Source of the DNA: Squalus acanthias
Taxonomy: Eukaryota
Length of the DNA stretch: 64,000 nt
Direction: 5' to 3'
NCBI GenBank assembly: GCA_030390025.1
Contig: CM059431.1
Coordinates: 125,924,001-125,988,000 of the forward strand
Shown here one piece after another: positions 13,068-27,460 of the stretch (position 1 is its first letter; every line of letters starts with the position of its first letter). The notes under the pieces were generated by a model. It did no database searches. It worked only from the letters and a program-made list of their open reading frames with translations, and was not told the origin of the DNA. Position numbers and translations under genes: made by a program.

Positions 13068-13630
13068 GAACCTTAGTTAGGCAACACTTGGAGTACTGTG
13101 CACAGATCCAGTCTCCATATTAAAAAAAGGATATAGAGGCACTGCTGAAGCCATACAAAGATTTACAAGGATGATACCAGAACCGAGAGGTTATAACTAT
13201 CAGGAAAGACTGCAAAGGCTGGGGCTCTTTTCACCAGAAAAGCGAAGGCTATGAGGTGACCTGATCGAGGTCTTTAAAATTATGAAGAGTTTTGATAGGA
13301 TAATGTAGAGAAGATGTATCCACTAGTGGGGGAGTTCCAACACTAGGGGCCATAGATATAGATCGTCACTAATAAATCCGATAAGGAATTCAGGAGAAAC
13401 CTCTTTGCTCAGAGAGTGGTAAGAAGGTGGAACTTGCTACCACATGAAGTAGTTCAGGTGAATAGCATAGATGCATTTAAGGGGAAGCTAGATAAGCACA
13501 GGAGGGAGAAATCAATAGAAGGATATGTTGATATGGTGAGATGAAGTAAGGTGGGAGCAGGCTCGTGTGGAGCATAAACACTGGTATGGACCTATTGGGC
13601 CGAGTGGCTTGTTTCTGTGCTTTAAATGAT
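13068..13630 (+). mobile_element. CR1 3' end, degraded
   Basis: HLEYCAQ, GDLIEVFKIMK and RVVRRWN remnants followed by a CR1 3' UTR. Confidence 0.85.
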
Positions 13631-13673
13631 ATGCAATGATTGCATTTGTTAATTGGACACCCTCAGAAATTTA

Positions 13674-15477
13674 GGCCTAGAAATTGCAGTACGCTGGAAA
13701 TCTGCCAGTGCCACCGCAGGCCAAAGTTAACGGCCGCCCGAATTCATAGTGCAGGCAGCACTGGTATTTTGGTGCTGCCTGCTAATTTAAATTAACACAG
13801 CGCTAAACTTATCATACAATCCTCTTTGTCCGTCCGGTGCTACTCTCAGCAGGAGGCACAATGTAGCGTCGTCATAGCATCCCTGAAGCAAGAACAGCGT
13901 TGTCTTAAAGCAAGGCTGTCATTTTAGAAAACAGTGTCGGTCCCTTTAAGGGAAGGCCTTCTAAAATGAAAAATATATAAATAATTTATAAATAGGCAGT
14001 TTTTAGCCCTTAGAGCTCAACTGCCTTCTGAAAAAAAAAACATTAAAAATAATTCCCAAATGGGAATCTTCAGCTCTTAAAGCTGAATTGCCTTCCGCAC
14101 CTAAAAAAATGGGAAAAATGCTTCAGCACTGTCACAAATGTCTCAACAAGCTAGGGAAGGGGCACCCAAAGTCTCACACGCAGCACTCCAGCTTTGTACA
14201 GGGGGTCAACACTGCAAGAGAGGTCCTCTACCCACAGGGGCCAGGAGGCCCTCCAGAAAGAAGGATGTGGGACCAGATCACCGAGGCCGTCACTGCCAGC
14301 AGTGTCGCCCCCATGACCTGGCTGCAGTGCCCAAAGAAGCTTCATGACCTCAGATGAGTGGTCAAGGTCAGTGAATGCATTTCAAAAGCCATCTCCTAGC
14401 AACTGCACCACTAGCCTCGCACACTGCTCATTGCACGACTCCCCCCCACCATCACTCATCTACCAACAATCTGCACCAAACACGAGGCACACTGCCCATT
14501 CCTAGCCTCACCTCACCCCCTTGGAGGAGACGGTGCAGACCATTCTTGGCAGGGGCATGGCTGAGCCCTTGGCCAGCGGCGGGGCTGAAAGGATACAAGA
14601 TGCTGGTATCCTCATACGTTATCCTCCTTCTTGCATGAACCTCTTGCTTTCCTGCCCTCCCCTCACCACAACTCCACCCTTGTGCCTTCCTCATTTCACA
14701 CACCCAAGAAATCCAGCCTGCCCAGCCAGTCGTTGGCCAAGAAGAGGGTGAGGAGAGTGAAGAAGAAAAAGAAAAAAAAAAACGTTACTCGATCTGACAC
14801 TCCCAGCCACCAACTCCTAGAGGTCATCCTGTAAGGCAATCTGCTGTGTCCCCCACTAAAAGTCAGCAGCCTTCCACCAGCCATGCTGCAGCCACTGGGG
14901 TTGCACTGCATGACATCAGTGGGATAGACAAAGGCACATGCAAGACAGTCACTAAGAGAATGCACAGGGGTGATTAGTTGATTTCTTGATGTTATATTGG
15001 ATCGGCAGATGTATTAACTTGGATTGGAAAATTTGCTATATGGTGGCTTTTATTTCAGCATCGTGGCCAAGAGGACACTATGTAGTCAGTACAAGAGGGA
15101 AGGTAAGGTATGGGACAAATGTTGAAAGGGGAATTGGGATTGTGGTCACTGGTACCGTAGGCGGATGATTCCATCCTGGATATTCTGGCCAGCAATGGAC
15201 TGTCTTGGTTGCATCCTTCCTTCCGCTTCCTCCTCTTCTGCATTTTCCTCTTCTGCGTCTTTCACTTCTGCATCTTTCTCATCCCTCTGCGAGCAGATGC
15301 TGGAAATCCAGCATAAAATGTTGGAAATACTCAGCAGGTCAGGCAGCATCTCGACCTGAGACGTGAACTCTATATCTCTCTCCACGGATGCTGCTGAGTG
15401 TTTCCAGCATTTTCTGTCTTCTCAGAGGCCTTCCTTTACCATCCGAAGCCTTGTAAGCGTCCAGCAATTTCTAGGCC
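13674..15477. mobile_element. Deleted Harbinger element with Myb/SANT-like remnant
   Basis: Perfect 14-bp TIR GGCCTAGAAATTGC / GCAATTTCTAGGCC. ORF 14088-14357 REVLYPQG..MWDQITEAV..WLQCPKKLHDL. TSD not clear. Confidence 0.78.
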
Positions 15478-17184
15478 ACTGATGTTAAGACTCCCTCTTT
15501 ATTGTTCAAAATCTTACTGTGATTCTTAATACATTTTCAAACTAAGTTACTAATGGCAAAACATTTAAAATACTGACAAGTAACAGATTCCCTATTAAAA
15601 TTATGTTTCAAATTGTGATCCTGCACCTTGGAGTTGATTGCACAATACATGCTGCTCTTCCAATTCTCAATGTTTTGCTCCACTTATTATTTCTTAGGCT
15701 GAATTTCAGCTTTACTCATCAAACCATCACATTATTTTATTGAACTGCTCATATAAAAAGTGACAATTTAATACTGACCACAGAATATAATGGGCAAAAT
15801 TAAGTTTTGAGCTTTAATAAGGAACTAATGAGTTGTTAGAATTCAATAGGTGGGTGGGGTGGGGTGGGATCTGTTGGGTAATTAACTATACAAATGGACA
15901 ATTATCAGAGGAGATAGTTATGAATGATGGCCCAATCAACCAATCACCAAGAAATCTTCCCAACATAGTTGTAATAACGTGTGTTAATTTGGACACTTCT
16001 AGTGCATTGAAATGATTCTATTAATTGTAGCTATATTGTTGAATTATACTATCAATAAATGTAACTTCATTCAGTACAATTCAACGTTAAGGCACTAAAC
16101 TATGGTATGATGGTAGATTAAAGAGACCACTTAAGCAATAATGAACAATCACAATTATAGTGGATTGTAATTAAGGACAAAGAGATTAATTGATGAACAT
16201 GACCGTTTTTTAAAACCTGAAGCTGAGGATAGGATTCAGTCACATGAGCCACCTTCCCCCCTTCACTGCCAAATATTGGATACGCAGATTAATACAAAGA
16301 AAAGCAGTTTATTGAAATGCAAAAATAAATATTTAATTTGAAGTGAATTAGGCTGCCAACTATTCAAATATAGAGTGCTGGCCATCATCATGACAATAAA
16401 CATACTCCAGTATGGCTGCATCAATGCTAAATGTGTTATGACATGCCAAGCAAATGGATCCTAAACTATTGCATTCTAACAATTTGCTAATCTCCAATAA
16501 AATCTTTGAAAGTTATGTCTTAGTTAGTCCAATTAACATGTTCCATCTGATTTAATGTTCAGTCTGCGTACAATCGAGACCTTGGCTCAAGGTCTCTTGT
16601 GATTCTTTTTGCTGAAAAAGAGTTCCAAAAACTTCTTTTCAAATTACTAATGAGATTGAAGGTTAAAAATTGAAGTGGGTGTACTACTGGAATAACCAGG
16701 CTGCTGCATTGAATGTCTGCAAAGACTGCCTGGCCTTTGCTGTGAGAGGACCTGGAGGCAAAATGAGCAGCAGGAGCCCTAAGTCTGCTCCCAGAAATTT
16801 TACCACCACCACCCCTGCAGCTGATAGTCAGCAATCCAAATGTGATACCGCCAGGTTTCACATTTGTGGTTCAGAACAGGCATGCTTCACGTAGAAAAAG
16901 GGTTAAAATCACAAAGGCCTTTCAAAATGGCATTATAGAGGCAATTTAGTGCTTGTTAAGGGCCTTAACAGCCTATCCCACCTCTTGGAGGCGGGTCGGA
17001 GTCGGGACCAGCAGACACGATTTAATGAAAATTGCGTGGAGGCGGGATGGAGGCGGGCTTGTGCCCACCCGCCAGTTTTTGCAAATTTAACCCCCCACAT
17101 GCCTCCAAACCCACCTCCACGGGTCAATGAAAATTCTGCCCTACATCTCACCCACGTAAATCCTACAATAATAACAGTAAAAAA

Positions 17185-17767
17185 CAACAATAACTTCCAT
17201 TTATAAATTTCAACAAAGGCGCTTCACAAAGACGGGAAAACCGAGGCCAAACCAAAGAAGAAGAGATTCGGAGGAAGAAAGCTTGGCCAAAGAGTTGGAT
17301 TTTATGGAGGCTTTTAAAAGAGGACAGGTTGTGGAGAGAGGTGTTTAGGGTGGGAAATCCATTGAGTGGGACTTAGAAGGCTGAAGCCACGACCGTGAAT
17401 GATATAGTTAAGGGGATAGAATACATAAGAGGCTAGAATTAGAGGAATGGAAATTTCGGGGTGGAGGGTTATAGGACTGGAGGAGATTAGAGCGACATGG
17501 AGGGGTGAGGCCATGGAGGAATTTAAACATTAGGATGAGAATTTTAAACTTGAGACATTGGGGGACCGGGGGTCAATATTAGGTGACTGTGGACAGATGT
17601 AATGGACAAGTTTGACTTGGTGTGGGATAGGATGTGGGCGGCAGAGTTTTGGATTAGCTGATGTTTACAAATGGTGGAGGATGGGAGGCTGGCCCGATGA
17701 CAATAGGGGTAATTTGTCCGCAGGTGACAAATGCACAAATAAGAATTTCAGCGGCTGATGAGCTGAG
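17185..17767 (-). mobile_element. Old L2 LINE 3' fragment; continues at ~21390-21450 and ~26815-27460
   Basis: Collinear with the better preserved L2 at 22098-24960. LIQNSAAHIL remnant. Confidence 0.65.
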
Positions 17768-20700
17768 GTAAGAACATAAGAACATAAGAAATAGGAGCAG
17801 GAGTAGGCCCTTCGAGCCTTCTCCGCCATTCTATGAGATCATGGCTGATCTTCTGCCTCAATTCCATTCACCGGCCTTATCGCCATATCCCTTGATGCCT
17901 TTACTAGTCAGAAATCTATCGACTTCTGTTTTGAATATACCCAATGACTGAGCCTCCACAGCCCTCTGGGGTAGAGAATTCCAAAGATTCACCACCCTCT
18001 GTGGGTTTCTTCTCATCTCAGTCCTGAATGGCCTACCCTTTATCTTGAGGCTGTGGCCCCTGGTTCTAGACTCCCCAGCCAAGGGAAACATTCTCCCAGC
18101 ATCCATCCTATCAAGCCCTGTAATAATTTTGTATGCTTCAATGAGATCCCCTCTCATTCTTCTGAATTCAAGAGAATACAGGCCTAGTTTACTCAATCTC
18201 TTCTCATACGACAGTCCCGCCAGCCCAGGAATCAATCTCATGAGCCTTCGTTGCACTCCCTCTATGGTAAGTATATCCTTCCTTAGGTAAGGAGACCAAA
18301 ATTGTACACAGTACTCCAGGTGTGGTCTCACCAAAGCCCTATATGATTGGAGTAAGACTTCTTTACTCCTGTACTCAAATCCTCTTGTAATGAAGGCCAG
18401 CATACCATTTGCCTTCCTAATGGCTTGCTGCACCCGCACATTCACCTTCGGTGACTCATGTACAAGGACACCCAGGTCCCTTTGAGCATCTGCATTCCCA
18501 AATCTTTCACCATTTAGGAAATACTCTGCCTTTCTGTTTTTTCTACCAAAGTGGATAACTTCACATTTATCCACATTATATTCCATCTGCCATGTTCTTG
18601 GCCACTCACTGAGCCTGTCAAGATCCCCTTGAATCCTCTTCACATCCTCTTCGCAACTGACACTGCCACCTAGCTTTGTATCCTCAGCAAATTTGGAAAT
18701 GTTACATTTAGTCCCCTCATCCAAATCATTGATATAGATTGTGAATGGCTGGGGCCCAAACACCAATCCTTGCAGTACCCCACTAGTCACAGCCTGCCAT
18801 CCTGAAAAAGACCCGTTTATCCCTACTCTTTGTTTTCTGTCTGTTAACCAATTCTCACTCCATGCTAGTATATTACCCCCAATTCCATGTGCCCTAATTT
18901 TGTTCACCAACCTCTTGTGTGGGACCTTATCGAAGGTCTTCTGAAAATCCAGATACACCACATCTACCGGTTCCCTTTTGTCTACTCCACTAGTTACATC
19001 CTCAAAGAACTCCAAAAGGGTTTGTCAAACAGGATTTCCCTTTCATAAATCCATGTTGACTCTGCCAGTCTTACTATTAGTTTCTAAGTGCCCAGTTATT
19101 GCATCCTTTATAATAGATTCCAGCATTTTCCCAACTACTGATGTGAGGCTAACAAGTCTGTAGTTCCCCGTTTTCTCTCTCCCTCCTTTCTTAAATTGCG
19201 GGGTTACATTTGCTATCCTCCAATCTGCAGGAACCATTCCAGAATCTATAGAATTTTGGAAGATGACAACCAATGCGTCCACTATTCCAATGGTCACCTC
19301 TTTCAAAACCCTAGGATGTAGGTCATCCGGTCCTTGGGATTTATTGACTTTTAGTCCCATTAATTTTGCTAGTACTGTTTTTTTACTAATAATAGTTTCT
19401 TTAAGTTCCTCATTTTCATCACACCCTTGGTTTTCTTGTATTTCTGGGAGGTTTTTTGTGTCTTACTCCATGAAGACAGAAACAAAGTATTTATTTAATT
19501 TCTCGACCATTTCCTCCTTCCCCATTATAAATTCTCCTGTCTCTGACTGTAAAGGACCTACATTTACCTTTGCCAGTCTTTTTCTTTTCACATACCTATA
19601 AAAGCTTTTACAATCCATTTTTATATTTTTCGCTAGTTTGTGCTCATATTCCATTTTCCCTTTCTTTATCAATTTCTTGGTCCCCCTTTGCTGATTTCTA
19701 AAAAGATCCCAATCCTCAGGCTGACTGCTTTTTCTGGCAACTTTATAAGCTTCCTCCTTTGACTTAATACTAGCTTTAATTTATTTTGTTAGCCATGGTT
19801 TGATCACTTTTCCTCTTAGGTTTTTATGCCATAGAGGAATATATCTTTGTTGCAAATTATGCATTATTTACTTGAATGTTCGCCATTGTATGTCCACCTT
19901 CATACCTTATAGTGTAGTCTCCCAATCTACCATGGCCAACTTGTCCCTCATACCCTTGTAGTTTCCACTGTTAAGATTGAAGACCTTAGTTTCAGATTGG
20001 ACTGCATCACTCTCAAACTTAATGTAAAATTCAATCATATTATGGTCACTTGTCCCTACAGGCCCCTTTACTACAAGATTATTGATTAGCCCTTTCTCAT
20101 TACACAGTACCAGATCCAGAATAACCTGTTCCCTGGTTATTTCCTCCACATACTGATCCAGGAAACCATCTCATATGCATTCCAAGAATTCGTCCTCCAC
20201 ACCATTAGTGGTAATTTGATTTGCCCAGTCAATATGTAGATTAAAGTCCCCCATGATTACCATGTTGCTCTTGTCATATGCACTTCTAATCTCTTGATTG
20301 ATACCGTGTCCTACATTACCACTACTGTTTGGTGGCCTATACACAACTCCCACCAATGTTTACCGCTCTTTGCTGTTTCTTAGCTCCACCCAAACTGATT
20401 CCAGTTCTACATCACGATCTGCCAAGCCAAGATCTTTTATCTCTACCGTACCGATCTCATCCCTTATTAACAGCGCTACGCCACCTCCTTTTCCTTTTCG
20501 TCTGTCCTTCCTAAATGTTGAGTACCCTGGAACATTCAGTTCCCAGCTTTGGTTACCCTGCAACCATGTCTCTGTAATGGCAATTACATCATACCCATTT
20601 ACTTCTATTAGTGCCATTAATTCATCCACCTTGTAGCGAATGCTACATGCATTTAGATAAAGTGCCTTCAACTTTGCCTGTTTAATATTTTTCTGCACTT

Positions 20701-21388
20701 TACTGTTGGCCTCTGTTTCTGCTCCCTACTAGTTTTGCTGACTACTTTTCTAACTTGCACTTCCAGCTTTGTTTCTCTCCGTTCTGTGCCCACACTTAGG
20801 TTCCCAGCCCCCTGACAAACAACACTAGCAAACCCCCCTGCGAGGATGTTGGTCCCGTTTCTGCTGAGGTGTAACCCGTCCAGCTTGTACAGGTCCCACC
20901 TTCCTCAGAATCGTTCCCAATGCCTCAGGAATTTAAATCACTCCCTCCTACACCATCTCTCCAGCCACGCATTCATCTGGTCTATTCTCCTATTTCTGCT
21001 CTCGCTAACATGTGGCACTGGGAGTAATCCTGAGATTACTACCTTTGAGGTCCTGCTTTTTAATTTATTCCTAGCTCCCTATATTCTGCTTGCAGGACCT
21101 CATCCCTCTTTCTACCTATGTCGTTGGTACCAATATGGACCACGTCCTCTGGCTGCTCCCCCTCCCCCTTCAGAATGTCCTGAGCCGCTCAGTGACATCC
21201 TTGACCCTGGCACCAGGGAGGCAACATACCATCCTGGAGTCACGTCTGCGGCCACAGATACGTTTATCTGTTCCCCTTACGATAGAATCCCCTATCACTA
21301 TTGCTCTCCCACTCTTTTTCCTCCCCTCCTGTGCAGCTGAGCCACTCGTAGTGCCACGGACGTGGCTCTTGCTGCATTCCTCTGAGAA
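17768..21388 (-). mobile_element. 5'-truncated CR1 LINE (ORF1 esterase remnant, ORF2 endonuclease and RT), degraded
   Basis: ITETWL, GVVYRPP, GDFN, YLDFQKTFDKVPH, FTIYINDL and KFAEDTKL motifs; (AAGAACAT)n tail at ~17770. Confidence 0.93.
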
Positions 21389-22097
21389 ATGATGATGTTA
21401 AGCGATATTACAGAGGTAGAAGTTGGCATTTATGTGATGGAGGTTATATGGAGCTATCAGATCTTGGACTCGGTCTTAGGGAGCGAGAACAGACCACTTC
21501 CATCTGTGACTGGAAAACAAAGACAGTAGGCTAGAAATTCATTGTAGCCCAGGAATGGGCAGTATCTTAAGAAAATGTTGAGAATTAGCACCAGGTGCTA
21601 ATGCTTTAGACTGCACGCAAAATTCATTCTCACTACTCAAAGAAATGATTGGCGCGCTAATTCAAGTCTTAAAGGCCTAGCTCAGTGGCATTACACTCAA
21701 AGGGTGGAGCAATATCGGGTGCAGTCTAATCTCAACTCATCATTGCCACAGGCTTTTCCCAGTAATTAAAGGGGAGGTTCATTGATACTGCAGCACCTCA
21801 TTCTCAGCATTGCTGGCTGTGCAGCTGCCTTAGCAAGGAGAAGCACAACAAGGAGAAGGAGCCGGAGGACTGAAGCAGGTGTCCTCAGGGCAGATCCACC
21901 TCACTCGGGTGGTCAAGGTGATTGAATGCTTTAACAAATGCTACATACCACCATCTGTACCACAAGCTTCACACACTGCCCAAAGCACCACACCGCCAGC
22001 GATCACCCACCAACAATCTCTACCTACCAACACTCACACCCACATCTCACACCTTGCACACAATGACAACTATTCAACTATGGCAGGCACAAGGATC

Positions 22098-24960
22098 AAC
22101 AACAACAACTTGTATTTATATAGCGCCTTTAACGTAGCAAAACATCGCAAGACGCTTCACAGGAGTATCATAAGACAAAAAATTTGACACCGAGCCACAT
22201 AAGGAGAAATTAGGGCAGGTGACCAAAAGCTTGTTCAAAGAGGTAGGTTTTAAGGAGCGTCTTACAGGAGGAAAGAGAGGTAGAGAGGCAGAGAGGTGTC
22301 GGCAGGGAATTCCAGAGTTTGGGGCCTAGGCAACAGAAGGCACGGCCACCAATGGTTGAGCAATTATAATCAGGGATGCTCAAGAGGGCAGAATTAGAGG
22401 AGCGCAGATATCTCGGGGGGGGGGGGGGTGTGGGGCTGCAGGAGATTACAGCGATAGGGAGGGGCGAAACCATGGAGGGATTTGAAAACAAGGATGAGAA
22501 TTTTGAAATCGAGGCATTGCTTAACAGGAAGCCAGTGTAGGTCAGCGAGCACGGGGGGTGATGGGTGAACGTGACTTGGAGTGAGTTAGGCCACGGGCAG
22601 CCAGGTTTTGGATCATGTCAAGTTTACGTAGGGTAGAATGTGGGAGGCCAGCCAGGAGTGTGTTGGAATAGTCAAGTCTAGAGGAAGCAAAGGCATGGAT
22701 GAGGGTTTCAGCAGCGGGTGAGCTGAGGCAAGGGCAGAGGTGGGCGATGTTATGGAGGTGGAAGTAGGCGGTCTTAGTTATGCTGCGGATATGTGGTCGG
22801 AAGCTCATTTCACGGTCAAATATGATACCAAGGTTGCGAACAGTGTGGTTCAGCCTCAGAGAGATGTTAGGGAGAGGGAGGGGTCAGTGGCTATGGAATG
22901 GAGTTTGTGGCGGGGACCGAAAACAATGGCTTCGGTCTTCCCAAAATTTAATTGGAGAAAGTTTCTGCTCATCCAAAACTGTATGTCGGACAAGCAGCCT
23001 GACAATTTAGAGACCGAGGAGGGTTGAGAGAAGTGGTTGTGAGGTAGAGCTGGGTGTCGTCAGCTTACACTAATGTTGTGTTTTTGGATGATGTCACCAA
23101 GGGGCAACATGTAGATGAGAAATAGGAGGGGGCCAAGGATAGATCCTTGAGGGACACCAGAGGTAAAGATGTAGGAGCAGGAAGACAAGCCATTGCAGGT
23201 GATACTACGAGTAGATAGATAAGAATGGAACCAGGCGAGTGCAGTCCCACCCAGCTGGATGACGGTGGAGAGGCGTTGTAGAAGGATGGAGTGGTCAACC
23301 GTGTCAAAGGCTGCAGACAAGTCAAGAAGGATGAGGAGGGATAGTTTACTTTTGTCACAGTCACCAAGGATGTCATTTGTGACTTTGATTAAAGCCATTT
23401 CATAGAAACATAGAATCTCGGAGCAGGAGTAGGCCATTCGGCCCGTCGAGCCTGCTCCGCCATTCAATACGATCATGGCTGATCATCTAAATCCAGTACC
23501 CTGTCCCTGCTTTAATCCCCACAGTACACATATCCCACCCTACCCCCGTAACCCCACATATTTAATTCCCCCTAACATATCCCATCCTATCCCCATAACC
23601 CCACATATTTAATCCCCCCTAACACTAAGGGTCAATTTATCATAGCCAAATCAACCTAACCCACACATTTTTGGACTGTGGGAGGAAACCGGAGCACCCG
23701 GAGGAAACCCACGCAGACACGGGGAGAATGTGCAAACTCCACACAGACAGTCACCCGAGGTCAGATTCGAACCCGGGTCTCTGGCGCTGTGAGGCACCAG
23801 TGCTAACCACTATGCCACCGTGTTGCCCTTTCGATCCTGTGGCAAGGGCGGAAACCTGATTGGAGGGATTCAAAGATGGAGTTGCGGGAAAGATGGGCAT
23901 GGATTTGGGAGGTGACAACACGTTCAAAGACGTTGGAGAGGAAAGGAAGGTTGGAGATGGGACGGTAGTTTGCAAGTAGTCAGGGGTTGTTTTTTTGAGG
24001 AGAGGGGTGATGACAGCAGATTTGAGGGAGAGGGGGACAGTACCTGAGGAGAGAGAATCATTAACAATGGCAGCTAACATGGGAGCCAGAAAAGGAAGTT
24101 GGGTGGTCAGCATTTTGGTGGGAATAGGGTCGAGGAAGCAGGAAGTGGGTCTAATTGACAAGATGAGCGAAAAGAGGTCATGAGGGGATATCGGAGAGAA
24201 ACTGGAGAAAGATGTCAGTTCAGGGCTAGGGCAGGGGGGAGCATTAGAAGAAGTTTGGCCCGGTGGGCTAGGGGCAGGAAGGGAAGTGGCAGAGGCAGCT
24301 GAACCGATGGTCTCAATCTTAGAGACAAAGAAGTCCATGAGCTCCTCACACTTGTTGTCGGAGGTGAGGGTGGAGGAGACAGGGGAGAGGGGTTTAAGGA
24401 GACGGTTAGCAGTAGAGAATAGAAGCCGGGGTTTAACTTTGCATTCCAGAATGATTCTGGAATAGTGAGCAATTTTGGCAGACGAGAGCAGGACTTGATA
24501 ATGCTTTATGTGGTCCAGCCAGATCTGGCAGTGAATGGCTAAACCAGTTGTCTGCCATCTCCGTTCAAGTCTGCGTCCCTTGGACTTAAGGGAGCGAAGA
24601 TGAAGGCCATACCAGGGGTAACGGCCAGGGTGAGAGAGAATAATTGTTTTAATAGGGACTGGGGCATTAAAGCTGGTGGTGAGGGTGTGTTTGAGCAGAT
24701 CGGTAGCTGCAGAAATGTCATGGTGAATGGAGGCCCAAAGGCTGGATGGTTGGGATTTCATAAGTGCAGTTCTAAGACCAGTGGGAGAGAGTTTTTTCCA
24801 GGGGCGGACACAGAAAGAAGTAGGATTGGGGGTGAAAGGAGGATGTGTGCGGAGAGCGATATGAGGAAGTGGTCAGAGATGGCCTTATCTACGATTGACA
24901 CAATGGGAATAGCGAGGCCACGAGAATGGCAAAGTCAAGGGGGTGGCCATGACTATGGGT
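22098..24960 (-). mobile_element. L2 LINE, 5'-truncated and degraded
   Basis: LLDLSAAFDTVDH, GVPQGSILGPLLFLIYMLPLG, SRLDYSN and LDPIPT motifs; (TTG)n tail. Confidence 0.92.
23401..23826 (-). repeat. tRNA-derived V-SINE (HE1-like) with CR1-type tail
   Basis: A/B-box head GGTGGCATAGTGGTTAGC..GGGTTCGAATC; V-domain GGGTTTCCTCCGGGTGCTCCGGTTTCCTCCCACA; near-identical copy at 62561-62994. Confidence 0.85.
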
Positions 24961-26814
24961 CATTAGTTATTAGAATGAATGTGATATGTGTGATATGTTT
25001 ATGCAGAAATGTATTAATGGAGTTTGCAATATTTTGTGGTCTCTCTCATTTCACCTTTGCGCCCAGAAGGACACAGTTATATGGCATGACACAGCGATGG
25101 TATGATGGCATGTGGTGAGCAAAAGGGATCTGGGGTTTAAGTCATCCTGGTGTGAGGCTGGAGGTCTGTTTGGAGGAGGTGGCAGAGTTCTGTATCCACC
25201 ACCTTGGTGATGCGGAGCATTCTAATACAATGCTCCTCACTTAATTGAAGGTAGGAGAAGTGCTGTCAGAATACCCTCGGAGGGTAAGGCCTCCTGGTGA
25301 GAGCCCTGATGTCCCTCCTCATCCCTCTGCGCACATGTTCCCGTATTTCTTGCTGCCTACACTCCCTCTGCCATAGATCCTGGAGGGTGAGGTAGCATGC
25401 CAGTACAGCCCCCATTAATGTTACCAAGTGTAGCAGTTTGAATCTTTGAACAATAAATGTAGCCACGTTGCACTGCCAGAAGATTGCTGATAAAAAAGAA
25501 GCTTGCAATTACTCATAGGAACTGGTCGAGTGGGTGAAACTGACAAGAAATAATTGAAACTAACCTGCCTTGAGATCTGCGAGTGATTGGCCCTGAAATT
25601 CGCCTCTCCGGCTTGCCGCGGGGGTAAGGATCGCGCGCGCACTTACCTACCGCGCCTGCCGTTGACCTCTGGGCCCACGGGAACTTCAGCTCCTGGGCCT
25701 GCTCCAAGTGCCGGCGCGCAGTGCTTGCATGTCGCAGGGGCGCAGTTAGTGCGATGCGTGGGCCATGGAGAGCCAATGGCAGCAGACCATCTTTCATTCA
25801 TAGATTTGACAGGAAGACCTGTCAAATCCATGAATTGAAATCGGCCCCAAAACAACACCTAAACTTCAAATATTTTTTTTTTAAAAACCATCACATTTAT
25901 AAAATAACTATAGTTAAATAAATTAACTACTTTAAACAAAAATTTTAATTTTTGAAAAAATTAAAATACTTTTTAACAGTGCTAAAAATAAACTTACCTT
26001 TCTTTAAAGTATCTAAAAAAGATAAACCTTTTGAAAAAATTTTAAAATTATAATTAATTAACCACTTACCTTGTTGAAAACGGCTCCTGCGCCTCCTTTT
26101 TAAAAGCGCAGGTTCTTCAATACTTACCCTCCCGTAGAAACCTGAAAAAAAACCTAAGTGTGCTGCGTGCGCGCAGCCTCTACCGCGCACGCAGTTCACC
26201 TATGAACCGCCCCCTTCACCAGACCGGAAGTTCCGGTTTCCCGCGCATGCGCAGTGCATGCAGGAAACCGGCACTTCAGGACGCCTTACGGGTGAGTACA
26301 CAGTGCATACTCACCCGGGAAGTGCCGAATTTTTGGCCCATTAATGCTGATGCCTTTAAATAACATTGCTGGAGCCGACTTCCATCAGCTGTGCACCAGC
26401 TCTCCCTGTTGCTGTCTGGTTAAGGCGCAAAGGTAAGTGGCGACAATAAATTTTGCAGATCGGATGCCCAGTGACGTTACGCTCTGCCTGGCATTCAAGT
26501 CCCCGGCGATATCTCGTACTGGCGGCGCAACTCAGGGGGGCCGGATTTGCCTTGCGACGCTTGATTCGCTTCGCCTCGCCCCGGCGCTACTGCATCAGCG
26601 CCCCATTACTGCCCTCTGAAGGTCCTAATGGGAGGCGCTAACCGACCGAATTTTTCCCCCAGTGACTTTAGAAAGATGTACTCATTTAAACCTCAGTTCT
26701 AGGCAGAAAATGTTACCTGCAGATAGATCTCTGTTCAGTCACCAATCACATTTTGTCAGAGTAGCCTCACTAATGTGCAGCTTAGCATCAGACAGCTCGT
26801 GTTTATAGACAAAT

Positions 26815-27460
26815 TAAAGTCAAGGCTTAGCTTAGGGTTGAACAGGACTCTGACGTTGTGAGAAATCTGGTTCCGCCCGAGACAGTAGCCAGGGTGGGAG
26901 ATGGTGAGGGTACGGAGTTCACGGCAGGGGCTGAAGACAATGGCTTCAGTTTTCCCAGTGTTTAGCTGGAGGCAGTTGCAGCACATCCGAGACTGAATGT
27001 TTGACAAGCAGTACAGAGGTAGTGAAGGGGTCAAGTTAGGAGGAGGAGATTGAATAGCTAAGAGAGGAACCAAACAAGAGCAGTTCAACGGAGCTAGACA
27101 ACCGAGGAGAGATGTTACAGGATGATCGTGTAATTGATTGTGTCAAAGGCTATAGAAAGACGTCAAGAAGCACAAGGAGGGACAACATGCCAGGGTCATA
27201 GTCACAGAGAATGTAATTTGTGACTTTAGTTAGGGTAGTTTTGGTGCGGTGGGAGGAGTGGAAACCTGATTGAAGCAATTTCAATCGGAAGTTGAGGGAA
27301 AGTTGGGAGGTGACAACATCTCAAGGCCTTTGAGAGAAAATGTAGTTGGAGATGGGACAGTTGTTAGAGAGGACAGAGCGATTTAGGGTGTGTTTTTTGA
27401 AGAGGGAGCGATGATGGTGGTTTTGAAAGGTAGGTAGACAGTGACTGAGGGAAGGGATCC
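26815..27460 (-). mobile_element. Old L2 fragment
   Basis: CLSNIQSRM..LQLNTGKTEAIVF in ORF 26756-27088. Confidence 0.75.

Larger units (their letters stand above)
21528..26660. mobile_element. Degraded Harbinger element, oriented opposite to the 30565 copy, containing nested L2, SINE and MITE insertions
   Basis: TIRs AGGCTAGAAATTC and GAATTTTTCCCCC, AGT duplication (21525-21527, 26661-26663). Transposase N-terminal remnant MGAVLAC..RPYPPRVF at 25266-25415(-); Myb remnant near 21890. Confidence 0.75.
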